A DNA stretch of 32,000 nucleotides from an uncultured Opitutales bacterium (GTDB lineage Bacteria > Verrucomicrobiota > Verrucomicrobiia > Opitutales > Intestinicryptomonadaceae). A program made the position numbers and the translations under genes. The stretch lies in the NCBI GenBank assembly GCA_934613415.1, contig CAKTSY010000006.1, positions 109,496 to 141,495 on the forward strand. The letters run 5' to 3'. Under the pieces are notes generated by a model. That model saw nothing but the letters and a program-made list of their open reading frames with translations, was not told where the DNA came from and made no database searches. Shown one piece after another: positions 17,461-27,678 of the stretch. How positions within the stretch are numbered: the stretch's first letter is position 1; each line of letters starts with the position of its first letter.

Positions 17461-18166
17461 TTTTTTTAGAGATTATGTATTCTACCAAAGCAATGTCGTC
17501 GGGTACTGTAATTTTTGGGTTGTACGAGCTGTTTTCTACAACGGCTACATTTAAGCCCAAAGTAGAGTAGGCCGCAACATCGTCGGTAATTTGAATGTTG
17601 TTTGAAATTACATAGTTATAGGCTTCTAAAATTTTGTCTCTTTTAAAAACCTGCGGGGTTTGCATTGCAAACAAAGTTTTGCGGTCTAAATCGGCAAGCT
17701 TGCAAAATTCCGTTTCGGGGAAGCTTTCGTTCTTTTTAATAGTGTTTACAACCTTTGCCGCCAAAACGCTTGCTCCGAATTTTTGCGCGCTTAAAAACAA
17801 ATTTTTTATGTTTTGGCTGCCTACAAGAGGTCTGGCTCCGTCATGTATAAATACAAATTCCGAATTTTTGCAGGAGGCGTTAATGCCGTTTAAAACGCTG
17901 TTATACCTTTCTTTGCCGCCGCGCGTAAAAACCGTTTTTATATTGTGTTTTTCCGCTATTTTCAAAACAGAGTTTCTTATTGAATTTTCCTGCTCTAAAT
18001 CGCGACAAACGAACACGATTTCTGAAACACATTCGCTTAAAATAAAGGCTTGCGCGCTGTGTAAAATTACGGGTTTGCCGCAAAGATTTGCCAAGCACTT
18101 GTCGGCAACAACACCCTTCATTCTGCTGCCGCTGCCGCCAGCTAAAATTATGGTGGAATTTTGCAT
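17444..18166 (-). CDS. ispD: 2-C-methyl-D-erythritol 4-phosphate cytidylyltransferase
   Basis: 240 aa. IILAGGSGSRM nucleotide-binding loop, VFIHDGARP, TPQVF. Overlaps ispF by 17 nt as a separate gene, not an ispDF fusion. Confidence 0.9.
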   Translation of the reverse strand: MQNSTIILAGGSGSRMKGVVADKCLANLCGKPVILHSAQAFILSECVSEIVFVCRDLEQENSIRNSVLKIAEKHNIKTVFTRGGKERYNSVLNGINASCKNSEFVFIHDGARPLVGSQNIKNLFLSAQKFGASVLAAKVVNTIKKNESFPETEFCKLADLDRKTLFAMQTPQVFKRDKILEAYNYVISNNIQITDDVAAYSTLGLNVAVVENSSYNPKITVPDDIALVEYIISKKNESKI

Positions 18167-18167
18167 T

Positions 18168-18866
18168 TTACGAAATTTCTTTAATTATATCCAAAGCAGC
18201 CTGGGCCGGATTTTGAGCCTTTAAAATTGGGCGGCCAACTACTATGTAGCTTGAACCCATTTTTGCCGCGTCTGCTGGGGTTGTTATGCGCTTTTGCTCG
18301 TCTGCCGAAGAGCCTTTTGGGCGTATTCCGGGGGTAATTAAGTCTATGTTTTCTGGCAAAATTTTTCTTAAAACAGAAATTTCTTTTGGAGAGCAAACAA
18401 GGCCTTTAACGCCGTTTTCTACCGCCAATTTTGCGAGAAGCTGAACCTGTTTTTCGGGGTTAAGGGAAACACCTGTTTTTGCAAGGCCTTCGTCGTCGAA
18501 CGAAGTTAAAACAGTAACTGCAAAAATTTCGAGATTTTCGTTTACGGCTTTTGCGCTTTCCAAAGCGGCTTTAATCATTTCGGCTCCGCCCGAGGCGTGT
18601 ATTGTAAGCATTTGTATGGGCAAAACTCCCACGCTTTTTACCGCCGAAGCCACAGTGTTGGGAATGTCGTACAATTTTAAATCCAAAAAGATTTTAAAAC
18701 CCATTTTCGCCACTTCGTTTACAAAGTCGGCCCCGTATTTTAGATACATCTGAAGCCCGATTTTTACCCATTCCAACGAACCTTGTAGCTTTTTAAGCGA
18801 ATCTAGAGCCGCTTCTTTATCTGGTAAATCTAACGCTAAAATTAATTTGCAAGCTTGTTTTGACAT
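18168..18866 (-). CDS. pyrF: Orotidine 5'-phosphate decarboxylase
   Basis: 232 aa. LILALDL, VKIGLQMY, FLDLKLYDIPNTV, IVVGRPI motifs. Confidence 0.9.
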   Translation of the reverse strand: MSKQACKLILALDLPDKEAALDSLKKLQGSLEWVKIGLQMYLKYGADFVNEVAKMGFKIFLDLKLYDIPNTVASAVKSVGVLPIQMLTIHASGGAEMIKAALESAKAVNENLEIFAVTVLTSFDDEGLAKTGVSLNPEKQVQLLAKLAVENGVKGLVCSPKEISVLRKILPENIDLITPGIRPKGSSADEQKRITTPADAAKMGSSYIVVGRPILKAQNPAQAALDIIKEIS

Positions 18867-18908
18867 AATGCGAACAATATTGCATAAATGAAAAAAATTT
18901 CAAACTAA

Positions 18909-19793
18909 ATGAACGATTACAAAGAATTTTTTAGCCCCTGCAAAGTAAACTATATGCTTTCTATAACCAATCCGCGAAGCGACGGCTTTCACGATTTGGT
19001 TAGCTTGGTAAGCCCCGTAAAGTTTTACGACACTTTAAGAATAAGGTTTTCCGACAAAAAAACGGATACAATTACCTGCAATTTAGAGGGTGTTCCTTTG
19101 GACTATTCCAATTTGGTTATGAAAGCCGCTCAGCTTTTTAGGCAGGCGTCTAAAAAAGAAGTTTATTTCGATTTTGATTTGGAAAAGAAAGTTCCGCACG
19201 GAGCTGGTCTTGGCGGCGGCAGCTCGAACGGGGCAATAGCTTTAAAGGCTATAAACGAAATGTGCTTAAGCCCGCTTTCGTTAGACGAGCTTTCGGCTTT
19301 GGCTGCAACAATGGGCTCGGATTGCCCCTTGTTTTTGCGCAACTGCGGCGTTGTAATGAGGGGGCGCGGCGAGCTTATAACCGAGCTTACAAAAGAGCAG
19401 AACGACTTTCTGCAAAGCCTGCAGCTTTTAATATTTAAGCCGTCGTTTTCGATAAACACGGGTTTGGCGTATAAGACAATGAGAGAAAAGAAAACTTTTT
19501 ATATGGAAAAGTCTGTCGCCGAAGAAAAACTTGAAAAGTGGCTTAAAAACCCTACTTTGGAAAATTTGCCCTTGTATAATAATATGCAGATGGCGGCCGC
19601 CGAAAAATATCCCGCAATAGAGGCAATATTGAATAAATTACGCGAAAAGTTCGGCTTAAAATGCCTTATGAGCGGCAGCGGCAGCGCGTGTTTTGCAATT
19701 ATAAACAATGTAGACGCAAAAACTTTAAACGAAATAAAAAGCCAAATTCTTTCGGACTTGGGCGATACCTGCCTTATTGTTGAAGCCAAATAA
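18909..19793 (+). CDS. ispE: 4-diphosphocytidyl-2-C-methyl-D-erythritol kinase
   Basis: 294 aa. PCKVNYMLSITNPRSDGFHDLVSL and the GHMP kinase motif KKVPHGAGLGGGSSNGA, then LMSGSGSACFAI. Confidence 0.9.
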   Translation: MNDYKEFFSPCKVNYMLSITNPRSDGFHDLVSLVSPVKFYDTLRIRFSDKKTDTITCNLEGVPLDYSNLVMKAAQLFRQASKKEVYFDFDLEKKVPHGAGLGGGSSNGAIALKAINEMCLSPLSLDELSALAATMGSDCPLFLRNCGVVMRGRGELITELTKEQNDFLQSLQLLIFKPSFSINTGLAYKTMREKKTFYMEKSVAEEKLEKWLKNPTLENLPLYNNMQMAAAEKYPAIEAILNKLREKFGLKCLMSGSGSACFAIINNVDAKTLNEIKSQILSDLGDTCLIVEAK

Positions 19794-19879
19794 TCTAAAG
19801 CATATAAAAAAAAGGTTGACCAATTCTAAAAATGTGATTTTCTTGACCTTTTAACTTTTATTTTAACGGAGAAAAGAAA

Positions 19880-20017
19880 ATGGGACCTACATTTAAACCA
19901 TCGAGATTGAAACGCGCACGTCGCTGCGGTTTTCGCGCACGCATGAAGACAAGAGGCGGTCGCAAAGTTATAGCAAACAGGCGTTCTGTTGGCAGAGCCC
20001 GTTTGACAACCAAGTAG
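19880..20017 (+). CDS. rpmH: 50S ribosomal protein L34
   Basis: Not in the ORF track (45 aa). Hand translation [45 protein letters not shown] matches the L34 pattern. GGAG lies 12 nt upstream. Followed directly by rnpA. Confidence 0.9.
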   Translation: MGPTFKPSRLKRARRCGFRARMKTRGGRKVIANRRSVGRARLTTK

Positions 20018-20025
20018 TTTGCCGT

Positions 20026-20355
20026 ATGCGCTTTGCCCGTAAAAACAGGGTGCGCACTTTAACGGATTACGCGTTCGTAAAAAACGACGCGCGAAAGGCG
20101 GATTGTTCCGCCTTTGTTGTTTATGTAAAAGGCGTTGCAGACTGCTCCCGCTTGGGCATTATTGCCACAAAAAAGCTGGGAGGGTCGGTAGGGCGCAACT
20201 ATGCAAAGCGCGTTTTTCGATCGATATTCAGAGAGGTTTTCGAAAACCGTACTGAAAAGCTGGCGGTAGTTGTTTATGTAAGGCGCGCCTTTTTAAAATT
20301 TAGCTACGCAAAGCTAAAGGAAAATTTTGAAAAGGGCATAGAAAGGGCGGTGTAA
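20026..20355 (+). CDS. rnpA: Ribonuclease P protein component
   Basis: 109 aa, basic. LGIIATKKLGGSVGRNYAKRVFRSIFRE corresponds to the RNR-motif region of RnpA. Sits in the rpmH-rnpA-yidD-yidC context. Confidence 0.85.
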   Translation: MRFARKNRVRTLTDYAFVKNDARKADCSAFVVYVKGVADCSRLGIIATKKLGGSVGRNYAKRVFRSIFREVFENRTEKLAVVVYVRRAFLKFSYAKLKENFEKGIERAV

Positions 20356-20675
20356 TGAGTAAAGCCCAAAAGGTGTCTTTGCCAGCCAAAGTTTGTGTTG
20401 CGCTTATTTGGTGCTACAAGAAATTTCTTTCGCCCGTATTGTCGCTAATTCCGGGCGGAGGGTGTAGGTTTTACCCAACTTGTTCGCAATACGCAAAAAT
20501 TGCCTACATAAAACACGGTTTTTTTAAAGGATCTTTAATGGCTTTTTGCAGAATTTTGCGCTGCAACCCGTTTTGCGAAGGCGGCATAGATTTTGTCCCC
20601 GAAAATTTTTCGTTTAAGGGGCTTTTTAGGCGCAACTATGCGGCAAATAATAAAGTTGACGAATCCCGAAAATAA
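20355..20675 (+). CDS. yidD: Membrane protein insertion efficiency factor YidD
   Basis: YKKFLSPVL...CRFYPTCSQYAKIAYIKHGFFKG...RILRCNPF..GG.D.VPE is the YidD signature. The start overlaps the rnpA stop. Confidence 0.85.
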   Translation: MSKAQKVSLPAKVCVALIWCYKKFLSPVLSLIPGGGCRFYPTCSQYAKIAYIKHGFFKGSLMAFCRILRCNPFCEGGIDFVPENFSFKGLFRRNYAANNKVDESRK

Positions 20676-20700
20676 TTGAAAAAATATAAATTTTAAAATT

Positions 20701-22626
20701 ATGGATAAAAAGAACACAACAATAGGACTTTTGCTTATAGGCATCGCGTTTTATTTGCTCTTTAACGGAGCCAAAAACAACAATGCGGCTATGTCCGAAC
20801 AGCAGCTTGCCAGTGGCGAAAAACAAGCCCAAATGGCACCCGCGCAAAATGCGGTTATGCAGCCTAAAGCGGCTGCAGAGGTAAAAACCTCTGCCAAGGC
20901 AATTGCGCCAAATAAAGAGGAAATTTTTGTTTTAGACAACGGCTTTATTAAGGTAGACATCTCGAACTTGGGAGCGTCTGTTAAGCAGGTAGAGCTTTTA
21001 AAACACAAAAAAGAGCAGTCCGGCAAAGAAAACCTTATTATGCACGCAAACGACACTGTAAGGGCGTTGGCGGTTGGCATAGACGCAAAAGGACAAGAAC
21101 CTGTCGAAACTTTTGCCCCATTTGTATTGACGGCAAAGGGCAAGAACGCGGCCGAGTACGAAGCGGTTGTAAACGGAATAAAAATTATCCGCAAATTCTG
21201 GCTAGACGATAATTTTACAAAAGAATATAGCCCCTATACCGTGTTTACATCTACAAAGATTGTAAATTTAACGGGCGGCGAGCTTAAAAACAAACAGTTT
21301 TGGCTTAGCTTGGGTATGGCGTTCCCCACAGAAGGCGACATAGCAGGTCGCAACCTTGAAATGGGCGCTTACGACGGAAACGGCGTAAAATTTGTTTCGG
21401 CATCTTCGGTAGTAGGCAGTGCTGGCTTTATGGGCTTTATGGCAAGCGACCCAAAACAGCTGTATGTTCTAGAAAGGCCAAACACAGTTTGGGCGACGGT
21501 TAAAAACCAGCCATTTGCCGCTTTGTTTACTTCCGACTCTAAAAAGGCCGACAAGGTTGCAATTAAGCCTGTTGATTGGGATATAAACAACCCCGACAAG
21601 CTTTTAAGAACTGCAATAGAAGGCTTTATGGCGTTCCCTATCGACACTCTTGCAAATAACGGCCAGTGGGAGCTTTCGGGCAGCTACTATATAGGGCCTA
21701 AAGACGTATATGCGCTTCAGGCAATGGGCAAAGAGCAAGACTTGGCGATGAGTTTTGGCTGGCTGGGCTTTGTAAGCAAACCCCTTTTAATGTTCCTTAA
21801 TGTAATACACGCCGTTGTAGGTAAAGTAAGCGTAGAATGGGCATGGGGCTGGTCTATAATAATTTTAACCATATTGGTTCGTCTTGTAGTTTGGCCTTTA
21901 ATGAACAAGCAGTATAGATCGTCTATGCGCATGGCAATGCTTGCCGAACCCATAAAGAAAATTAAGGAAAAGTTTAAGAACGACCCCCAAAAAGTTCAAA
22001 AAGAAACCTGGGCGTTATACGGCGAATACGGCATAAACCCGATGGCCGGCTGCCTGCCTGCGCTGATACAGTTGCCGATATTTTTGGGTTTGTACTTTAT
22101 GTTGCAAAGCGTTGGCGACTTTAGATTTGCCCACTTTTTGTGGATAAAAGACCTTTCGCTTCCCGACACATTGCCCGGCAACCCAACGGTTATGGGAATT
22201 CCCATTCACCTTTTGCCCATAATTAACGGCTTGTTTACCATAGCGCAAATGTTCCTTACCCCAATGACGGTAAGCGAGCCTTCGCAAAAATTTATGATAA
22301 GGGGAATGCCAATATTCTTCTTGGTATTGTTCTATTCGTTCCCCTCGGGCTTGCTGCTTTATTGGACAGTACAAAGCATGTTCGGGTTCTTCCAAGTTTT
22401 GTATGTAAGGTGCACGCGCGAAAGCTTAGAGGAAATTAAGAGCAAAGCTAAGCCCAAAAAAGGCCCGTCTTTTATGGAAAAATTGCAAAAGATGGCCGAA
22501 GAAGGACAAAGAATACGCCAAGAGCAGGAAAGAACGGGCAAAAAACCCTCCATATTTAATAATGCAGCTGCAGCTCACGAAAGAAAGAAAAACCCCGGCG
22601 GCAGAAGCACTCCGCCTAAAAGGTAA
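20701..22626 (+). CDS. yidC: Membrane protein insertase YidC
   Basis: 641 aa. N-terminal TM, large periplasmic domain, then the conserved core WGWSIIILTILVRLVVWPL, MAGCLPALIQLPIF, PSGLLLYW. Basic C-terminal tail. Confidence 0.9.
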   Translation: MDKKNTTIGLLLIGIAFYLLFNGAKNNNAAMSEQQLASGEKQAQMAPAQNAVMQPKAAAEVKTSAKAIAPNKEEIFVLDNGFIKVDISNLGASVKQVELLKHKKEQSGKENLIMHANDTVRALAVGIDAKGQEPVETFAPFVLTAKGKNAAEYEAVVNGIKIIRKFWLDDNFTKEYSPYTVFTSTKIVNLTGGELKNKQFWLSLGMAFPTEGDIAGRNLEMGAYDGNGVKFVSASSVVGSAGFMGFMASDPKQLYVLERPNTVWATVKNQPFAALFTSDSKKADKVAIKPVDWDINNPDKLLRTAIEGFMAFPIDTLANNGQWELSGSYYIGPKDVYALQAMGKEQDLAMSFGWLGFVSKPLLMFLNVIHAVVGKVSVEWAWGWSIIILTILVRLVVWPLMNKQYRSSMRMAMLAEPIKKIKEKFKNDPQKVQKETWALYGEYGINPMAGCLPALIQLPIFLGLYFMLQSVGDFRFAHFLWIKDLSLPDTLPGNPTVMGIPIHLLPIINGLFTIAQMFLTPMTVSEPSQKFMIRGMPIFFLVLFYSFPSGLLLYWTVQSMFGFFQVLYVRCTRESLEEIKSKAKPKKGPSFMEKLQKMAEEGQRIRQEQERTGKKPSIFNNAAAAHERKKNPGGRSTPPKR

Positions 22627-22683
22627 AAATTTTAACTTGAGCTTTTAAGCAAAATAATAGACAATAAGGAAAATTTATCGGAT

Positions 22684-23811
22684 ATGAAATTTAAAGTAAA
22701 TAAAGAGCATTTTGCCACAGGCTTAAGGCAGGTGGCGTCGGTTGTGGGGTCTAAACCTCCAATGACCGTGTTGAACAATGTATTGATTAAAGCCGAAGGC
22801 AATTCGGTGGTGCTGGCTACCACAAATATCGACTTGGGCATACGCTGCTCGATTAAGGCCGATGTTGAAGAACCCGGCGACATTACATTGCCAGTAAAAA
22901 AACTTTCGCAGATAGTAAATGCAGTTCCCAGTCAGGAAATTTCGGTTGAATCTACCGACGGGCAGAATGCGAAAATAAAGTCGGGCAGAGCCGATTTTAA
23001 ACTTCCGGGGCTTAGAGCCAGCGAATTTCCCGCGTTGCCTAGCTTTGTAGACAAGCATTCCTACGACTTGGGCCCTCAGGAATTGGCGTCTATGCTAAAG
23101 TCGGTTTCGTATGCGCAAAGCACCGACGAAAACAGATACATATTAAACAGCGTATACTTTAATTTTTCGGATTCGAAACTTACTTTGGTTGCAACCGACG
23201 GCAAAAGATTGGCGTTGGTTTCCAGAGATATGAACGTTGCTCCCGAAGACGAAGGCAGCATAATTCTTCCCGCAAAGACGGTTGCCGAGGTAGAAAAACT
23301 TCTTTCGCAGGGCAAAAGCGTAAAGATTTCGTTTAACGACAGGCAGGTTGCATTCGACATTGCCGTAAACGACGAAGTTGCCGAAAAGGGCTTGGTGGGC
23401 AATATCTACCTTGTTTCGAAAATAGTAGAAGGTATGTACCCGAACTACAAACAGGTTATCCCCAAAGAAGCCGAACACAGAATAAAGCTAGACAGAGAGC
23501 TTATGCTTGAAACGGTTTCGCGCGTGGCAATTGTTGCAAGCGACAAGCAGAACGCAGTAAGGCTTAAGATGACCAAAAATTGCCTTGAAGTTTCTGGTCA
23601 AAGTGCCGACTACGGCGAATCTAGAGAGCCTCTCGACATCGAATACGACGGTCCCGAAATCAAGATAAGCTTTAACCCCGACTTTTTGCTTAGCCCCCTT
23701 AAGAACCTTACAAAAGACGAAGTTTATTTCGAATTTAAAGACGAAATGAGCCAGGGCGTATTCAAAACGCTAGACAACTTTGTTTGCGTTGTAATGCCGC
23801 TTAGAATATAA
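22684..23811 (+). CDS. dnaN: DNA polymerase III beta sliding clamp
   Basis: 375 aa. [10 protein letters not shown]...[45 protein letters not shown]-terminal ...VVMPLRI. Confidence 0.95.
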   Translation: MKFKVNKEHFATGLRQVASVVGSKPPMTVLNNVLIKAEGNSVVLATTNIDLGIRCSIKADVEEPGDITLPVKKLSQIVNAVPSQEISVESTDGQNAKIKSGRADFKLPGLRASEFPALPSFVDKHSYDLGPQELASMLKSVSYAQSTDENRYILNSVYFNFSDSKLTLVATDGKRLALVSRDMNVAPEDEGSIILPAKTVAEVEKLLSQGKSVKISFNDRQVAFDIAVNDEVAEKGLVGNIYLVSKIVEGMYPNYKQVIPKEAEHRIKLDRELMLETVSRVAIVASDKQNAVRLKMTKNCLEVSGQSADYGESREPLDIEYDGPEIKISFNPDFLLSPLKNLTKDEVYFEFKDEMSQGVFKTLDNFVCVVMPLRI

Positions 23812-23833
23812 GAAAGGGCTTTGTTTTTCTGTT

Positions 23834-23871
23834 CGGCGCGGGCAAAGGCAACTTTGGCCGCGCTGTTTTTT
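23834..23871 (+). terminator. Intrinsic terminator after dnaN
   Basis: CGGCGCGG...CCGCGCTG outer stem (one G-U) plus an inner CAAAG/CTTTG stem closing a GCAA tetraloop, followed by TTTTTT. Confidence 0.6.
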
Positions 23872-23930
23872 ATAAAAAAGAATTTGCCTAAAAAGGAAAC
23901 ATTTTCTACTTTCCTTTGCTCTTCCCCAAA

Positions 23931-25133
23931 ATGTTCGAAAACTTTTCCCGCAAGCTAAAAAAGAAGGCCGACCAGTTCGCAAAAGGCACGGTAGACGTTG
24001 TGTACGATAGGCGCAGCGACTTTGCCGCCCGCGTTTACGCGGTGTTTTTAAAGGCGCTTTCCTATATATTTTCGGCGGTGGTATATTTGCGCTATTTTAT
24101 GTACAACAAGCGCATATTGCGCGACGCGCCTCTTGGCTGCCTTGTTGTTATTGTAGGCAATTTAACTGTTGGCGGTACGGGCAAAACCCCCGTTGTAGAA
24201 AAATTTGCAAGGGAACTTGCAAGCCGCGGGCGCAAAGTTGCAATTTTAAGCCGCGGCTACAAGAGCAAGTCGGACTCGATGTTCACAAAATTCAAAAAGT
24301 GGCTAACCCACGGCGAGGCTTCGAAACCCAAAGTTGTTTCGGACGGCAAGAACATTTTGCTAAACTCGCTTGTTGCGGGCGACGAACCCTATATGTTGGC
24401 AAAAAATCTGCCAAATGTTATGGTTATTGTCGACAAAAACAGGGTAAAAGCTGGGCACTATGCAATAAAGGAATTTGGTGCCGACACCCTTATTTTAGAC
24501 GACGGCTTTCAATATCTGCCGCTAAAAGGGCAGCTTCAGCTTTTGTTGGTAGACAAAACAAACCCCTTCGGCAACAAGTCGCTTTTGCCCAGAGGCATTT
24601 TAAGAGAGCCAGTTAGCCACCTAAACAGGGCGTCTTACATATTTTTGACAAAGTCGGACGGCAAGCGCGACTTGCAGCTTGAAGAGTTTATCCGCAAATA
24701 CAATCCGCATGCCGAAATTATAGAGTGTGCCCATACAATTCAGTTTCTTACCGATTTTTCGCTTAACCAAAGGGCGGAATTGGGCATTTTAAAGGGCAAG
24801 AAAATTGCATGTTTTTGCGGGATTGCAATGCCCGACAGCTTTGAAAAATTTATGCTAAAATGCGGGGCGGAAATTATATATAAAGAGCATTTTATGGACC
24901 ACCACCGCTTCAGCTTTTCGGAGCTGGACGAGTTTTTTGACGCCGCCGAAAAAGAGGGGGCGCAAATGGTTGTTACAACCGAAAAAGACGCAGTAAGAAT
25001 AGAGGGCGGCTATAAGCCAAAGCTTCCGTTTTTCTATACAAGACTTGAAATAGACATTCTTTCGGGCGACAAAGACTTTAAAAATGCAGTAGAAAGAATA
25101 TGCTTTAAGGAAAGACCAATTCACATAAAATAG
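23931..25133 (+). CDS. lpxK: Tetraacyldisaccharide 4'-kinase (lipid A biosynthesis)
   Basis: [40 protein letters not shown]-loop block, ILDDGFQ, and an N-terminal TM. ATG 23931 is preferred over TTG 23916. Confidence 0.9.
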   Translation: MFENFSRKLKKKADQFAKGTVDVVYDRRSDFAARVYAVFLKALSYIFSAVVYLRYFMYNKRILRDAPLGCLVVIVGNLTVGGTGKTPVVEKFARELASRGRKVAILSRGYKSKSDSMFTKFKKWLTHGEASKPKVVSDGKNILLNSLVAGDEPYMLAKNLPNVMVIVDKNRVKAGHYAIKEFGADTLILDDGFQYLPLKGQLQLLLVDKTNPFGNKSLLPRGILREPVSHLNRASYIFLTKSDGKRDLQLEEFIRKYNPHAEIIECAHTIQFLTDFSLNQRAELGILKGKKIACFCGIAMPDSFEKFMLKCGAEIIYKEHFMDHHRFSFSELDEFFDAAEKEGAQMVVTTEKDAVRIEGGYKPKLPFFYTRLEIDILSGDKDFKNAVERICFKERPIHIK

Positions 25134-25152
25134 CGCGCAAACAAATTTTAAT

Positions 25153-25198
25153 AGACACAAAAAAACCGCCCGAAATTTTCGAGCGGTTTTGTGTTTTA
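25153..25198. terminator. Bidirectional intrinsic terminator between convergent lpxK and glgC
   Basis: ACCGCCCGAAA / TTCGAGCGGT inverted repeat (one mismatch) flanked by an A-run and a T-run. Confidence 0.55.
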
Positions 25199-25209
25199 TA
25201 AATGCTTTG

Positions 25210-26487
25210 CTAAATAACCGTGCCGCTGGGTACCACTGCAAATTTATTTACAAGCAAAATTCCGTTTTTAACGTAAATTTCGCCCTGTTCCCAGCCCTCA
25301 GGCTTGCCTTCGGGCGAAAGCACAACATTGTCGCCAATACGGGCGTTTTTGTCTATAATGGCGTTTTTAATTTTGCAGTTTTTGCCCAAACCAAGTTTTG
25401 GGGTGTTTTCGTCTAAACAAAGCTTTTTTTCGGCTCCGTCTTCGTAGTAGTCCGAACCCATCATAATCACGTTTTCAAGCTCGCAATTTTCTCTTATAAC
25501 CGAGCGCAAGCCTATAACGCAGCGTTTTAGTTTGGAGTTTTTAATAACGCAGCCGTCGGAAACGTTTACCCTGTCTAGCTGGCTCGAATATACCTTGCTG
25601 CCCGGCAGATAGCGCGAGTGCGAATATATAATTGCGTCTTGCTTGTAAAAGTCGAAGGGCGGGTTGTCGTCGGTAAGCGCCAAGTTTGCTTCAAAAAAGG
25701 CGCGTACAGTTCCAATATCTTCCCAATAGCCGTCGAATATATAAGAGAACAGTTTTTTGTTTTTGAGCATACCCGGAATAATTTCTTTGCCGAAATCCAT
25801 TTCCTTGCCGCTCATAGCTTCTACCATAACCTTGTAGGAAAATACATAAATACCCATCGAAGCCAAGCAGTAGTCTTTGCTCGGGTCGCTTATTTGGCTT
25901 TTTAGTTTGTCGCTAATAAGCAGCGAGTCTATAACTTTTGGGTCTTTGGGCTTTTCTACAAACTCGGTAATGCGAAGATCGTCGGCAACGCGCATAATGC
26001 CAAGCTCGCTTGCCTCTTCGCGCGGCATAGGCTTGCTTGCAATAGTTACATCTGCCCCGCTTTTTTTGTGCTGCTCAATAAGCTTGCGGAAATCCATCTG
26101 GTAAAGTTGGTCGCCCGACAGAATAAGGAAATAGTCGTTGTCGTCGTGCTTGCCAAAGTGGTTCATATTTTGGCGCACGGCGTCTGCCGTGCCCTGATAC
26201 CAGTTGCCACCGCTTTCGGTTTGTTCGGCCGCCAAAATATCTACAAAGCCGCCGCCGAATGGGTCAAACTTATAGCTTTGCTGAATGTGCTTGTGCAAAG
26301 AAGCCGTGTTGAATTGGCTTAAAAGATATATTTGGTTGCAGCCCGAATTTATGCAGTTGCTTATTGGTATATCGACTAACCTGTACTTGCCAGCCAGTGG
26401 TACTGCGGGTTTGCATCTATATTTTGTAAGGGGATATAGGCGCGTGCCTCTGCCGCCGCCCATGATAATGCTTATAATTTTATTCAT
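25210..26487 (-). CDS. glgC: Glucose-1-phosphate adenylyltransferase
   Basis: 425 aa. IIMGGGRGTRLYPLTKYRCKPAVPLAGKYRLVDIPISNCINSG, WYQGTADAV, LILSGDQLY, and a left-handed beta-helix C-terminal domain. Confidence 0.9.
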   Translation of the reverse strand: MNKIISIIMGGGRGTRLYPLTKYRCKPAVPLAGKYRLVDIPISNCINSGCNQIYLLSQFNTASLHKHIQQSYKFDPFGGGFVDILAAEQTESGGNWYQGTADAVRQNMNHFGKHDDNDYFLILSGDQLYQMDFRKLIEQHKKSGADVTIASKPMPREEASELGIMRVADDLRITEFVEKPKDPKVIDSLLISDKLKSQISDPSKDYCLASMGIYVFSYKVMVEAMSGKEMDFGKEIIPGMLKNKKLFSYIFDGYWEDIGTVRAFFEANLALTDDNPPFDFYKQDAIIYSHSRYLPGSKVYSSQLDRVNVSDGCVIKNSKLKRCVIGLRSVIRENCELENVIMMGSDYYEDGAEKKLCLDENTPKLGLGKNCKIKNAIIDKNARIGDNVVLSPEGKPEGWEQGEIYVKNGILLVNKFAVVPSGTVI

Positions 26488-26669
26488 AATTTCTGATTTT
26501 AATAAATCGGTTATTTATTACGATGGCATAATATGCTTTTCTTTGCAAAAAACCAAGAATTTTTTTCGAGGAACAAAGATAAGTTAGCTATTGTCATATA
26601 AGTAAACAAAAAAGAAACAGTGCCGATAGAAAAAAGGCAAAATAAAAATAAACAATAAGGCAAAAAATT

Positions 26670-27653
26670 ATGGACTTGGCTCAGTTAAACGAAACCGTTA
26701 AAAAAAGCTCGGAGTGGACTGCTCTGCTTAGAAACGAAATGCGCAAAGTTTTGGTGGGGCAATCGTATTTGGTAGACAGGCTGCTTGTGGGCTTGTTGGC
26801 AAACGGGCATATTTTGCTTGAGGGCGTGCCCGGTTTGGCAAAAACGCTTGCGGTAAAAACAATGGCTTCGGCAATTTCGGGCAAATTTAGCCGAATACAA
26901 TTTACCCCCGACTTGCTGCCAGCCGATATTGTGGGAACTTTGATTTACAACCAGCAAAAGGGCGAATTTATAACGCAAAAAGGCCCCGTGTTTGCAAACA
27001 TTGTTCTTGCCGACGAAATAAACCGCGCCCCCGCAAAAGTTCAAAGCGCGCTGCTTGAAGCCATGCAGGAACGCCAAGTTACCATAGGCGGCGAAAGTTT
27101 TGTTTTGCCAAAGCCATTTTTGGTGCTTGCAACGCAAAATCCCATAGACCAAGAGGGCACCTACCAGCTGCCTGAAGCGCAGGTAGACAGGTTTATGCTA
27201 AAACTTAAAGTCGGCTATCCCTCTAAAGAGGAAGAACGAATGATTTTAGACCTTATGGCAAAAACCAAGTCGGACATTTCGGTAAACGCCGTGATAAACC
27301 CCGAGCAGATTATGGCGGCAAGAGAGGTTGTAGACCAAATTTATATGGACGACAAAATCAAGGAATATATAATAAACCTTGTTTTTGCCACGCGCAAATC
27401 TTCCGATTACGGGCTAAAGCTTGACAATATGATTCAGTTTGGAGCGTCGCCTAGGGCTACAATAGCAATAGCACTGGCTGCAAAGGCGCAAGCCTACTTA
27501 AATTCGCGCGCCTATGTAACTCCGCAAGACATTAAAGACATTGCCTGCGATGTTCTTCGTCACAGAATTATTGTAAGCTACGAGGCCGAGGCCGAAAGCG
27601 TTTCGTCGGAAGACATTATAGGCAAGATTTTAGACACAGTAAAAGTCCCCTAA
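26670..27653 (+). CDS. moxR: MoxR-family AAA+ ATPase
   Basis: 327 aa. Walker A LLEGVPGLAKT, Walker B VLADEINRA, FLVLATQNPIDQEGTYQLPEAQVDRF, GASPRA. Confidence 0.9.
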   Translation: MDLAQLNETVKKSSEWTALLRNEMRKVLVGQSYLVDRLLVGLLANGHILLEGVPGLAKTLAVKTMASAISGKFSRIQFTPDLLPADIVGTLIYNQQKGEFITQKGPVFANIVLADEINRAPAKVQSALLEAMQERQVTIGGESFVLPKPFLVLATQNPIDQEGTYQLPEAQVDRFMLKLKVGYPSKEEERMILDLMAKTKSDISVNAVINPEQIMAAREVVDQIYMDDKIKEYIINLVFATRKSSDYGLKLDNMIQFGASPRATIAIALAAKAQAYLNSRAYVTPQDIKDIACDVLRHRIIVSYEAEAESVSSEDIIGKILDTVKVP

Positions 27654-27678
27654 ATTTTTTGCAAGGAAAGCTTAATTT

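Noticed and set aside
17634-18224. 196-aa ORF on the plus strand
   Set aside because: Antisense to ispD and the pyrF 3' end, both strongly supported. Shadow ORF.
26685-27152. 155-aa ORF on the minus strand
   Set aside because: Antisense to the moxR Walker A/B region. Shadow ORF.
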